From: Rotaria socialis
Lineage: Eukaryota
Assembly: GCA_905331295.1 (NCBI GenBank)
Contig: CAJNYD010000548.1
Location: 1 to 64,000 of the forward strand
DNA: 64,000 nt
Direction: 5' to 3'
Part shown: positions 25,819 to 39,681 of the stretch, one piece after another
How the letters are laid out: every line of letters starts with the position of its first letter
How positions within the stretch are numbered: the first letter of the stretch is position 1
Translations under genes and position numbers: made by a program
The notes under the pieces: generated by a model
The model's input: the letters and a program-made list of their open reading frames with translations, nothing else
Databases searched by the model: none
What the model was told of the DNA's origin: nothing

Positions 25819-28800
25819 ATGGAAAACATAGCTCTTTCTGATTCTAATGATGAACCAGCTGATGATATTATTGGAGATAATGATCTATCTCAAGGACCTC
25901 CGAGAATGCTAACGGAACAACTTGTTACATCTGAACTACAAGATGCAGCTAATACCGATGTTACAAAAGGTAAAACATTTTGTCGTGACATATATATATA
26001 TATATATATATTAATAATATTACTTTTTTTAAAGCTTCATTTACAAGTGCGGTCAATACTCCATTTAAACCTCTTTTCCCAGCTCCAACTAGTGTAACTC
26101 GAAGTCCATCAACTGGTTCACCATTGTTGTTCCAACAAAGAGCAAATAACATTCCGACATTAAATCCACTTTTTCAATCACCAATATCAACTTCACAATT
26201 TTCATCACCACTGCTTCAACCTTCGCTGCGCCCGCCAATGGTGTCAAATCCATTTGAGTCGCCACCATCGGCATTCACCCCATTAAATCCTGCGAATACT
26301 CAACAATCCTTATCATCATTAATTCAACCTAAATTAACAATTGGAAATCAGCCGATGCCATCAGTATCACTATCACAATCAATCCCATTTCCAATGCCTA
26401 CAACACAAGGTATAGAAACAACAAATATTCCACCACCTATGATGGTAGCGCTTACAACACAAGATATTCCAAAAGCACAGAATACTTCGCAGTTTGTTCC
26501 CGCTTTTCCTCTTCCACCCGGTTCAGCTCCTTCTACAGCAATGAAAGAACCGAATTTTGCAATGCCTCCACCTTCTCAACAATTTGGCACTAGTAAATGA
26601 ATTTCGACTTGACAAGAATACCAAAAAGCATTTTCTTTTCTTTTTTTCTTTTATTGTTTAGCAGCACAAGTAAATCCGTATTCTGCTCGTGCTTCATTGA
26701 CAGAACGTATCTATCCAAGTATGCCTACATCACAAGCTCCTTTACAACCACAACAATTACCTCCACCAGTTAGTTTTCAACCACAACAATTACCTGCACC
26801 AGTTAGTTTTCAACAACAAAATATACCACCACCATCTAGTAATGTGTTTGTTCCACCACCGGCTGTAGTTAGTTCAGCTATACCCAATGCTTTTCCAGGG
26901 TAAATATTAAATTCTTTGATAAAGATAAAGATAATTTTCATTCTTTTTTTAAAGACTAGATACAAATATTTACAATCCTTCGTATCAATCACCAGGTTTG
27001 AAATCAACGCGAATAAAATTTTTATAGATTTGATTTTTATAAAGGTGAACCTAATCCAACGCCGTGGACAAATTATCCAACATCTACATTTGATCAGCAA
27101 CAAAATGATCCGATGTCTCCAGCGCATCCTAGTGGCGTTTGGGGTTGGATTAGTAATAATAAAATGTTGGCTACAGTGGTCGAGAAAGCTAGGGTACTTA
27201 TTTTTCTACTGGAATGAATATATCAGTTTAGTAAAATTTTGAAAACAATAAGAAACATGTTCAAATTAATGAATCTGTAAAATAACTTGAAATTAAATCT
27301 GATCATTTTGTCAAATAATTGACGTACTCTTGTCTATCCTCTTTTAATTTATTGGATATCGATTCGATTCAATTCTCCTACTTCGAACATGAAGAAATTC
27401 TTTTTATATGATGCTATACAATTTTTCAACAACAATTTGAAAGTCATCATGATGAACTGTGTGTACCAAAATCTATTCTCGATTGTGTTCTATTAGTCTA
27501 CACACTAGAAAACGACACTGAGTAGGATTCAATTAAATATCAGAGTCGTTACAATAAGCAAACTCTAGACTTGTAGCATTTAGTAGAACCCACAAATGTA
27601 GTTTTTCTTCCAGCGCATAGAATAATATAAAAAAACAATTCTTCAAGAGATCAACATATACTAAATTAAGTTTTCGTTTAAAAAATGATGTCTGAAAACG
27701 TGCTATTTCTTGCAGTAATTTTTTCTCCATATTAGGCTCGTTTAATATAGAAGAATCTACTAGAATTGGGAAGCAAACGTTTTTAACTCACTAAAGTCTA
27801 CTCTTTACACTCGTACGGACCTTTCTTTGTTAATTTTTATGCTATGAATAATTTGAACAGATCACATCTTTAAAAAATAAAATGTTAACTCTTCATCTTA
27901 AAAGGAAAATTATTTTTCTGTTTTTAAATACGTTGTGAACTTCAAAAACTATGAAGAGAAATCAATGTAGTTTAACAATTTGACATATACTTCTATTTTT
28001 TAATTTTACTGAGCTTTCTCGTTCTTATATTAGACTGGTCTTGAAACGGTTATAACAACAGTGGATCCTCAAATGAAGCAGTATATTCGTATGTATTGAT
28101 TATGTCCGTTTTTTGTTTAATCATCGAAAATAGCTTTCACTATTTAGAACCAGGACATGAAATTAATATTGTAGTAACATCAGCTAAAGATATTAAGCTC
28201 ACACCTGTACGTGATGCATTTACACAAGTCTTTGGCAGAGTAATAACTCAAGGCATTGTAAGTATCACTGATTCCTTTTATTCATTTTTATGCAGTTCTT
28301 ATATAAAATTCTATAGGGTGTTCAATCAAATGTTGCTCCTCAACCAGTTGGGTTTGAAGCTGGCTTCAAAGGTTAGTCATTTATAAAATAAAAAGAAGAA
28401 AAATCGTTTCCGTTGTTATAAAAACAATCTCTAATTTTTCAGGTGCTCAACAGCGTATTGAAAATCTTCGTCGTCAAAATGTAGTTCGACCTGATCAATG
28501 TGTTGTCTCCATTGAAAATTTTATTGCTGAACTTGTTCCAGATATGTATTTTGATCTTGGTTATGTTCTTTTATCTGATCCATTAAATTCTATTGAATTA
28601 CATCTATTTACTCAAGCTATCCCCATACCTATTGAATATGTTTATCAGGCACGAGATCGCACACCAGCTGATTATCCATTAAAATGGAGTGGTTATATGG
28701 TAACGATTGGAGAAATTCTTCACTCTCAATTACCATTTGTTAATCCAGAAGATTGGCATGAAATGATGAGTGGCACATCAAGACGAGATATTATATATGC

Positions 28801-28855
28801 AACATGTAAATCTCTTGCATATATGTATAAACAAAGACTTAATCGAAAACAATAA
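25819..28855 (+). CDS. PRRC1: Proline-rich coiled-coil protein 1 (Pro-rich N-terminus plus YjjX/ITPase-like domain)
   Basis: GVWGWI...VVEKARTGLETVITTVDPQMKQYI; IVVTSAKDIKLTPVRDAFTQVFG; QSNVAPQPVGFEAGFKGAQQRIENLR; VSIENFIAELVPD; DWHEMMSGTSRR. Confidence 0.9.
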
Positions 28856-29424
28856 AACTGAATCTGTCTAAGTTATTTCTTGTTTCTCATTTAATTACAT
28901 TTGTTTTTTCGTTTTAAAAAGCAAAAAGAATATTGATTGAATTTTATCTTTTATTGCACTAATATTTGTTTTCTTGTTCTCAATATCTTCTTCGATTAGA
29001 TTAATAAGAAAAATATTTACTGTGTGTTAATGAATTAATATATAAATCATTTTTCTGATAATATTATTATAACAGAATATACGTGATATCGTTCATTAAT
29101 ATAAAATAAAGCAAATGAAAAAAATCCTTGTAGGAATGAACAATTATAAAAACTGATCATTAGACTATCATCAGAATTCGATTTAAAATTGGTTATTTAG
29201 CGTAAAAATCAGCGACATTCTAAGTCACGAAATGATCTCAACTTTTCTGTCATTTTATCAAAATAGAAATAGGACAACTTGAGTTCCTTTTTCTTTTAGA
29301 AGCACTTGCAATAGATTTATAGTTGCATCGATGAATATAGATAAAACAAAGGGAAAAAGTTCAAAAATATAGTCCATTACAGAGTGCATTTAATGAAAAC
29401 ACTAAAGGAAATTTAATTTCACTA

Positions 29425-30120
29425 CTAAGTAAGATTATGCAATTCCTTTTCGTAACGAATCAATTGAAGTAGAAAGCAGCCATTTGGTTCAGCTAGACGT
29501 CGGCGTTCGGTCAAGTAGCCATAGGCTGCAAGCAATGTCTTCTGTTGGTATCTAAAAATGAGATATAAAAGATCAATGTTTCAGAAACAAGTGAAAATTC
29601 TTTTTTGTTTTATTTTACTTCAACAGATAAGCAAGAACTATCGCAGATGAACGAGAAAAACCCGCTTGACAGTGAACTAGAACATTTTCATTCTGAGATT
29701 TGCATGCATGTAAACATTAATTTTTTCGATTGAAATATTGACTAATGTCGGTTTCAGGTGTATCATTCACATTGATCGATAATTCATTAAAACAACCCAA
29801 TATATCTTTACTTGATGAGAATTGACTTACATTAAGAATATGTTGAATATCAAGTTCATGGAGTACTTCTATGTTGCGTGCATTACTAATATTACCGTGA
29901 TAGAGAAAATCATCATTAATCATATTATGGAACATCAAAAACCTGAGTATCTATTGGACAAAGTTTTCTCGTCGATTTGAATTCATGCAAACGTTCTAAG
30001 TAATTAATTTCTTCACTTGTTGCATGCATGTTTTGTCTTAGATCGTAATACAAATCGTCGTTTGTAAAATTGCCATTAGTCATATTTTCTTCTATGCCAT
30101 AAAATGAAATCAATCTAGAA
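29425..30120 (-). pseudogene. Dual-specificity protein phosphatase pseudogene
   Basis: FLYHGN..A..I.HILNVS, VNDTPETDISQYF, VLVHCQAGFSRSSAIVLAYLL and RR..EPN..FL.QL..YE motifs. Frameshift near 29927 and an in-frame TAA at 29717-29719. It may extend further 5'. Confidence 0.85.
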
Positions 30121-31467
30121 ACAAAAATTATATATTCGAAAATCTTTCCATCAAATTAATCCATTAAAACATGTCATTTTTACGCTGAAAATGGTTACTA
30201 ACAACAAATTTGTGCAATATCATCATCTTCACTCTTGCTTTTTCGCTCTTGAAAAATGACTAGTCAACATTTTATAGTGCAAAGACATGTTTTTTCAAGG
30301 ATTTTGTCAGACTGGATAATTGTTTGAATTAGATTAGTTCTCTAATGAGAAAGTGGGAAAGATGGACCCATCTGAATCAAAACTGCATTAAAGTCCAGGA
30401 GTAATCTCAGCGTAAAAATCAAAACTTAAAAGTCTGGAAAAATTGAGATTTACCTGAGTTACATCTCACTGTGCTGATATCTATGACTATTTTTTAAAAA
30501 TCTACGATGACGATATCAGTAAAACTTACATACAGAAGATTTGAGAAATCCCAGAAGTTCTCAGAGCTTGATATAAATGACACTGAGTAAACTATTTACA
30601 GACGAATAGATGAGAAAGAACTTTCCTTACTTCACAAATTATAAGACTCATAATCGAGAAAGAGCAATTCCCTAGGTAATGAGTATTCAAAGTGGAATAT
30701 GTTCATAGAAGAATATAGGCAGCTTATGACATTCCATTGACTCATGGTTTTTGTTGATGCATCATCAAATGAAGGAGAACAAAAAACATCCAAAGAATAG
30801 CAAATCATTGCATAAATACCTTTCAAAATGAATTTGACATACGTATCTTCCGAGAGAAAATGTGAAGCAAGTGAAGAATACCTCCTGAGCAGAATTCAAA
30901 GGTTCCCATACTAATCTGAGATTTTTATTATTATTAGTTGTTAGAAACTAAAAAAATAGTAAATAGTTACATGGAACTCTGAGCAATTATTTAGCGACAT
31001 GGTATCCGATGATTCAGAAGTACGGTAAAAAATCTCATCCTTTTCATAGTACGAAATCTGCTGGAGATTTAAAAACATAAGCAGACTTTTTAGAGAATTT
31101 TATTGGTGACAACTTTTATGAAGGCTAAATACTCGACTTGAAGATTCTTTTGTTATTTTTTCTTAATTTCTTAATTTCTTAATAGAATTCTGGTTTTAAA
31201 ACACAAATTATATAAGATTCGTATATAAATTTTGAGCCTGCTGCTCTGAATACAGCATTCTATTCATATTGAGATCAATGTAAAAAATCTAGTTAGAGAA
31301 TAACAATATATTACCTAAACATATTTTACAGTTTATTTTATTTAATACTGTAATGTCAATCCGTAGAACTCTAAAGACGCGGCATAATTTAACTAAAGAA
31401 GAATGAGTATGGTGAAAAATTACAACGAATTATGTTGTATATGAGTTTTCAATTGGGAAGGTCACTA

Positions 31468-31815
31468 CCCTAGTCGAATTATTTTTGCAAGCCCATTCAA
31501 TTCTTGACTTTCTTAATCAAGAAAGTCAAGAACTATGGACACATCTTGAGGCAAGACATGAACCTTTTCGGTGAGCTCAAGTTCTTAAACTTCTTGTTCA
31601 TACGCTTGAATTTTTATCTAAGCGTTTCTGTTATTAAAAAAATTTTGCAACTTTTTTTTCACAATAACTCAACTTTTAATAAAAAATTATAGTTGCATTT
31701 TTTTTGTAACTCATGCAAATATTGAAGCACTTGTCTTGAGCAAGAAAGTCATGCGCTATGGACACATCTTGAGCTTAAGTCTTGCAAGCGCATGAATAAA
31801 AAAGTTCGACTAGGG
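31468..31815. mobile_element. 348-bp MITE with CCC termini and TA flanks
   Basis: TIR CCCTAGTCGAA / TTCGACTAGGG flanked by TA..TA; internal direct repeat CAAGAAAGTCA...TATGGACACATCTTGAG twice. Confidence 0.75.
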
Positions 31816-31934
31816 TATGCTTTAGGAGATTCGATTCAATGAGAATAGATTATACATAAAATATTGATGAATGACATGTGCTAATTCGCTAATAGGATGT
31901 TCTTGTTTCTATTTCAAATTCAGATGAAGTTCTT

Positions 31935-32801
31935 CCCAGTGAAAAATATTACTAAAAAAGAACGGTAAAGAATGCGTTCCTAAAGAACTGAAGCTCTTTT
32001 TTTAAGAAAAGAAAACATTCCACAACAAATGGAAACCGTTCTCAAATGGAACGAACTAGAACGCATTCTATCATTCTAAGAAGGTGTTCTTGGCCGTTTC
32101 GAAATGGAACAGTGAAGAACGCATTCTGCCACTTGTGGAACGCTTTCTCTTCTTTAAAACGGTTAACCTTTCTGATCACCTGGGTGATCATTAATAGATG
32201 AATCTACAATTAGTCAAAAGACTGTTCCTGATGCAACTTGACGAGCTCTATCGAATGGCGTACTCCAATTCGTTGTAACTGAAACCGTTATTAAAATAAT
32301 AATTTTTCTAAATCAGACCAAATATCCCTAAAGTAAAATCGAATGAAGATTCCATCATTTCTCACATCAATTTCAACCTGCTTTGCTTCAGACCTTTCAT
32401 TTTAGAATGAAAATGTGGTTTGCTTCGAAAAGAAAGCATTCATCTCTTCAGAGAATCCATTGTCTTAAAGGCTCGTGAGAGAACGTAAAAGGAAGCTATT
32501 TTATTTCGATGAAATGCTATGTTAACCGTTCCGAAAGAAAATGAACTAGAATGAATTCTACTGGTTTAAGAATGATTCATAATGCTTTCTCTTCAAATAG
32601 GGAACGATTTTTCAGTATAGAAGAAAGTATCCCATACTAGTGTGGAACGGTAAAGAACGAGTTCCTTCAGATCGAGAATATTTCTTTCTGACTCTGAACG
32701 CATTCGCTCAAACAAGGAACGCATTCTCTACGTAGGAGATAAGTTTCCATATCCGCATGAAACCATTCTATTCCGTTTTTTTCGAAATATTTTTCACTGG
32801 G
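31935..32801 (-). mobile_element. ~867-bp CMC/EnSpm-like non-autonomous element (copy 2)
   Basis: Reverse complement of 1235-2102 with only scattered substitutions; flanked by TT..TT. Confidence 0.88.
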
Positions 32802-35800
32802 TTATTTCTTACGTTTATTCAATCACACGTGTACATCCTTGTAGAGCTGTAAATACCTCTTAAGATTTAAGAGATTTCTCTATCGATTCCAAGTGTTATA
32901 TTTCACTTTCCAGCGGTTTCAATTTTTAAGAAACGGGAGCATATTTCAGAAATCATACTACTTTGAAGTTTATTTTTTGAACAAAATTATGCATAATGTC
33001 TGATATTCAACAGACAACTACAAAATTTTGTTATAATAGTGCTATATTTTTTAATTCTAAGAAAGCTTCTATTATGATCACAGCGAAAGTGTACCAGAAT
33101 GACATTGTCTTCTTTTATCAATTGTATAATTTTTCTTTTTAGACACTCTGTACACTTTTCTATATAAAAAATATATTTGGGAATATAGCCAATTTGTTTT
33201 GCCATATCTCGCCATGTGTCATTCTATTCATTGACAATAACTATAAAATTAAAATTACACGGCTTCATCAGAAGATGGACTTTTACATTAAACATGATGG
33301 TCAAAATATGTCCAATGAAACATTAATTATAAATATATGAGATGGATCTCATAAGTAGAAAAAAAAACACTACTACATAATCAAGGTTTCATTTCATAAT
33401 TATCAATGTACGCTAAAACTCGTGTCTTTTTTACTGCTCTCGAAGTCTACATTAAGATCATCATGATGTTCTTTTTTTTTAGGAACATGCTTGTTTCGAC
33501 ACAGTCGACACATTTTCACAGTTCAACTAATTGTCAATACAGTTATGATTTGTACACGTTTTTGTTTTTTGAAATATTTGATCAAGATTACTATTAAAAA
33601 TGAAAAATATTTCAGTATTACTGCACCATTTTACAATAGTTGGGAGCTAAGTTTTTAATGAAAGTCCAGAAATGTAAAAAATATAATTGATTTCTCGTCA
33701 GAAAGTTTTAACACTACTAAATTTCATTGGTGATAATATTTTGAAACATATGTCTGTCATGAAATTGAATTTCTGGCTTTTTCTGAAGTTTTGCTTCAAT
33801 CATTACGAAGATCTTCGCAGTTATTTTAGTCTATCAATCTCAATGCTAAACCAAGTCAAATATAATAGCTAAATAAGAAACCTTGATCAAGACACAATTC
33901 ACTTGATTCTTGACTGATGAAGTATAGATATGAATACCAATTCATTTCGATGTCAGCATATGTTCAGTGAGGCAATAAATAAAGCAAAAACATAAGTGTA
34001 TAGCTAAACGTATACAAGCCACTACTTTTACGAAATACATTTTTTCGTCCAGGAAAATTTGAACTTTTTTCTATTGTAAAACAATATGTATCAAATAGAC
34101 CGTGATGGATATTAGTATATTGATTTTACACTTCATATCTAAGAATTACCTTTGTGTTTGAAATGTCATGTATGTTATAGACTTAGAAAGATAACAAAGA
34201 AATCAGCACACTTATTCTAATTATTACAATCGGAAAAAGATAATATTAAGTTTTCGAAAAAATATGATTTCAGTTTATCATAATCATAACGTCAGACTCA
34301 TTCTTCATCTCTTAATAAAATTGTTTGAATTATTCAATAACAATGTTCGCCATCTGGAGGGATATTTCAGATCGAACATGAATATTCGTTAGCAATCTTA
34401 AAATGTTGTATATTGACGTTTTCTACAGGTCAGCTTGACGATCATATTTTTCCATATTTTATTAACGAGAGAAATTCGATAGTTTACAACGTTGTTAAAA
34501 CAAAATATGTTTTATTTAAGGTGTTAGTATCATAAGCGATCGTATTTCTAAATAAACCATTTATAAAAATTGAATCGTCAGCCATCACATTCAAAGTGCG
34601 TTTAAATTCGTTTTCATCTTCCTAGAATGTTCGTGGTTCGTTAATCTGAATGCTAATCAATTTATGTGAGCTTCAACGATCTTGACAATTCACCTGTATC
34701 ATAGTTATCAAATAATAGTCATGTTAGATAGAGATACAGATGAATTTCTGACGGAAAAATCTTTTCATTACAGCTAAAGAGACAACATTGATTCATCGAT
34801 TAATCCAACTTTAAATAGAAATGTTTGACAAAAACAAAACTATCGAAAAATGCTTCATACGTTATACTAAAAAGTTAACATTACTGTGCAAATAAGAGGG
34901 TAAATATTTTTTAACGTGAACAAAAACATGGAAGTAAAATCATTATTTCATATAAATCATGGAATTTGAAGTGTTTTTATCAGTGTCACATAAAAGCGTC
35001 CGAGTCATTTATAGTTCGAAATAATTGTGATATTCCGTCGATTGTCTTCTATTAAATTGTTTGTTGAAACTATTATTCATTCAAAGTGTTTACAATTTTT
35101 GCGCTATTACTACGATTGTATGCTTTTGTACGTATAGATTTCTTTTTCTGCAATAATCATATAAAATTTTCAACGCAGCTTATCGATCGTTGAACTGAAT
35201 AAATTTCAAGTTTGCATGGAATCGGAATTAATTCTTTTTCATACAACTTAGATTCATCTTGGATCTTATTACTTTATCGTTCGAAGTTCTTTGAATTTAG
35301 AATATTTCATATTTACATTTTTATTCATCGTTTATCTCAGATAAGAGCACAACATTGACCGAAATACTTTTTATTATTTCTTTTGTGAATAGAATACTCT
35401 TTTAAAAACATTTTGTTTGTCAATGAATAAATTAATCATTTGATGAATTTATAATGTTGCTGTTGTTTTTATGAAGTGAATCGCTCGATGATTATAATAA
35501 TAGATTTTATATAACATGAGCTTTCTGACAATGAATATATTTTTGTTTTGAGCTGCGTGACACAAACAGGGTTACTGTGTACACAAGTCACTTCCTTTTT
35601 CTACTGAAGTCATGACATTTTACGAACATAAAAATAAAATAAGTAAGATTTTATCATAGGTGTAATGATTCATAATTAGTAAAGAGTTACTATCAAATTT
35701 TCTTTGTTTACAAAAGCCAGAACTATAAATTCAACTTGACAACAGGAAATTGCATTCTGTCAGTATAGTTATATAGTTATAGGTGTTAAGATTCAAGATA

Positions 35801-36099
35801 CTAGTGACATCTGATTCGTATTTTAATTGATTTCATTTGTTAATAATAAATTATTTAAAATCATATTTATTTGTTTCATTAATTAAACAGTTCTTTTTAT
35901 AACTCTTTGTGTATCTATAAACTAAAAGTTGATGAATCATCTAGTTAAGCGACTGACAATAAGTTGACTGTTTCTTTCGGTTGTTTTGCAATTGGGTACA
36001 TGACCGGCGTGGTAGGAGAAGCGACTACTTTTTTAACAAAAAATCATCAAAAATCTTTTCAACCATCCAACATGTTCTGTTTATTCTCAAAATTTTAGC

Positions 36100-38170
36100 A
36101 TGAGTGCTATAGTATATCATAATAATTCTGCAAATAATCCTCCATCAACAATGTTATTCAATAATGGAACAACAGTCGGCAAGCAGCGTCCATCACATAA
36201 CCCACCTAAAAATCTTTCACAAAGTGAAATTCAATGTTTATATAATATTCTTGGAAAGAATTGTGTGGTACGATCAATCAATATTTTTTATGTATAGATT
36301 CAAGGTTTCTTTTGATTTTTCTAGACTTTAGCGACTGCAGTTGCCCAAGTCCTACATGGATATGATGATATCTGGAGAAAACTCGCATGTGGTGTTTTGT
36401 GTTTCGTTAAAGATTATAATAAGAGAAACTATTGTTTTCGTTTATATGATCTGCAAGTAAACGATATGAATTTTATTTTAATATTTAAATATTCATTTAT
36501 TATTTTAGTTACAGGAAGCAATCTTTGAAGAAATAGTACCTTCATCAATACGTCTTGAAAAGAAGCATGATCTATTTTATGTATTCGATGGAATGGTTAG
36601 AATATTTGTCTTTTTTTTTTTTAATTGATTTTAATAAGTTAGAATTTTAAAATTGGTTTCAATTTTATTGATCATGTTGAAACTGAAACGTTTTGTAATC
36701 ATTTTCATAACAAACAAGAAAATCGACAAAGTAAAATCATAGATTTTTATTACTAAAATTATTATTTTTTCACAATAGACAAGAATAAACTTCAACAATC
36801 AACAAACATGCAGTCAATGTCGATACCAGTGAACATGAATGAAGTGAAAATATTGCCAGTTGATATAAAAAAAGGAGTTAAATCAGTGTCAAGCTCTGAT
36901 AAATCCTCTAAAAGTAAATGAAAAATTCTTGTTTTGAAATTTAAGAGGAAAAAAAACATTTTACTTCTATCTAATTCTAGAACAACCTACTAGTAAAACT
37001 GAAAAAAACAAGACTACTCGACTTCTTATATCTTCACCAATTCCTTCAAGGTGAATAGCACAATACAATTCATTTAAAATAGGTTCTAATGTTTATTTTT
37101 CTTTAGTTTTAATCATATTATTCATGTAGGATCTGATCAAGTACGTTTATTTTCTATAATGCATATGTTTATCTATCAGCTGTTAATAATATAGAGTTTT
37201 GTGACAGATGATGCACAAATAATATTATTCAAACAAGTCTTATCTAAGATGCCTTTATCACCAGAAGAGAAAATGTATGTTCAACATACTATTACGAACA
37301 CAAAAGATGGTTTGGATAAACTTTTTGAAAGTGAGCTTTTTTTCTGGCTTGTCAAAAAAAGATGTAACCTTTTTTTCTTGTAGCTTCAAAGCACTACTGT
37401 GATAATGAACGTGATTATGTGTCAAACCGTCCTCCAAAGATTCCTCCACGCACTTATTTAGCATCAAAACAGAACAATAACAATAAGCATAGTCCACATC
37501 AAGATATATCTATGCCATCATTAATATATCAGAGAACAAGTACAACTTGTCCTCAAACTCTGAGCACGTCTGAAACATCCACTGTTTTCGAACAATCAAA
37601 AGTACCCGTCATTCCGTTACGACCTTGCAACGATATATCAAACAAAACACTTTTGTCAATTGAAAACCCATCGCCACTACCTTCGTCGATGCCAGTAAAT
37701 TTGAAAAGTCAGCAATCGCAGCCTATCATTCCTTCAGCTCCTCCACTTCCAGCTATTACAGTAGAACCAATGAGAAATGAATCCTTTATCTCCTCGTTGA
37801 ATTCTCAACGTGATGCTTTGCTTCAAGAAATACAAGAAAATGGTCATAAACGTAAACTAAACGTATGTACTGTTACTATCTATCTATCTATCGATTACAA
37901 TGGGATTGCTTTTTTTCCAAATTTCAGCAACGATCAGATGTGTTGACAGCATTACCTGTGAACAAATCAGCCATAGAAGTAGAACGTACTCTCGAAATGA
38001 ATATATTCGATATGATTTGTAAACGACGAGCGATGATTAGTAAAGGCTTTTTTTTATCGTTTAAATATGTAAAACATTTTTGTTTCTTTCTAGTGGGGTG
38101 TGATAATAATAATAACAACAACGATGAAAATGACGACGCGAACGGCTCAGATGATGACGACGAATGGTGA
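36100..38170 (+). CDS. WASP/N-WASP-family actin nucleation-promoting factor
   Basis: WH1 domain (LYNILGKNCVTLATAVAQV...CGVLCFVKDYNKRNYCFRLYD...IGFNF); CRIB ISSPIPSSFNHIIHVG; WH2 RDALLQEIQ..KRKL; central helix FDMICKRRAMI; acidic end DDDDEW*. Confidence 0.88.
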
Positions 38171-39681
38171 TTAGTCTAAATCCTATCTGTATAGAATTAT
38201 ATGTTGGTCATTTTTATATTATATAAATAAGATTTATAACCATCTGCTTTGACATTTTTTATGATGTGGATTCATTACGAAAACGCTAGCCAATAATAGG
38301 TTAGTATTCACGATAATCTCTTATATGAATGTATTTGTATAAACATATTTTCATGCTTGATTGTGATTCTTCTTTTATTTTCATACAAAATTGATCACTT
38401 ATTTTTTTAACTATATTATGCAAAGTTCCCGAAAATGTCATCTTCTTTGTTTTCATGTGAATGAAAAAAATAAATCAGAGTAAACTTCTATCATCTTGTT
38501 TACGTTTATAATTATATCGAACAATCTATAATTCGATGTCTTAACTGAGACGAAATAGGTTGAAAATATCGCTGAAGCGAGACAAATGTGCTGTCAACGC
38601 ATAGGCAGATATATTCAGTACGGTTGAATGCATAGATTCAAACCTTTTTCTTACCATAGGGAGCGAGTATTTCTCAACATGTTTTCTCTTTTGATTACAG
38701 CATGTTGACATTATTATTTCAAATTTGTTTTTTACTGTACCTCGTAGAACAGAATATAAGCTATTTATATCAAGTAATAGAAAATTTTTCAAAATATACG
38801 TAAGATTTTAATGATTTGTAACAATTTCTCGATATGACTTTGCGAGCTTGAATATGTAGTGGCATCTTTTAATCGAAAACAAATGAGAGACAGTCATTCG
38901 GTCGCTCTGAATTATAATCCTATATTGACATCTAAAGCAATTATTGCAATTTTATGACGTCGTTAAATAAAGCATGCATGACATCCAAAGGTATGAGAAA
39001 AAATTTCAGCATAATAGTTTTGATTACGTTTGAATAATGAATCGTGAAATCTTTTCAATATCGAGCGTATGCTTATCGTTACATAGCTTCTCTTAGTCAC
39101 AACGATGATACAGGGATTTTTCTTCTTTTGTTTAAAGTATTTACTCAAGTGTTTATTAATAATATTCATGTTTAACTATCGTAAAAAAAGAGATAGAAGT
39201 TTCTTTTTAGAAAGAATCATCGATGTAAATAACTCCGCTGAATCACAAGGGGTGTGTCCGATGAGGAGAAGGCAAAACCAAAATCATAAGACAAGAATAC
39301 ATCAGAGTTATCGTTTAGAACTGATTTTCTATATCAAACCTACTATAAAAGTTTGCATGGTTATAAAATCGAAATACTTCGGCAGTACTCAAATATTGAA
39401 ATGCAATGAAGTATTTGGAGTTTATTGCCAAATAAACTTATATAAAGTGCACTTGAACTAACATTTTCCTAGCAAATGTTGATATTAGACTTGAAATAGC
39501 TAAACAATTTCTTGACGATCACTTGCAATTACACTCAACATGCCCATTTCTCAGGTTTTCTTCCTCTCTTTTTGCCACTCAAGTGCTAATCAAAAGTTTG
39601 ATTCGAGTTAAATTTTTCTCTTTGATATATACCATGGATAAAATTTTGTTTTCTAGAATTTGGAATTTTTGTAATCCTTTT

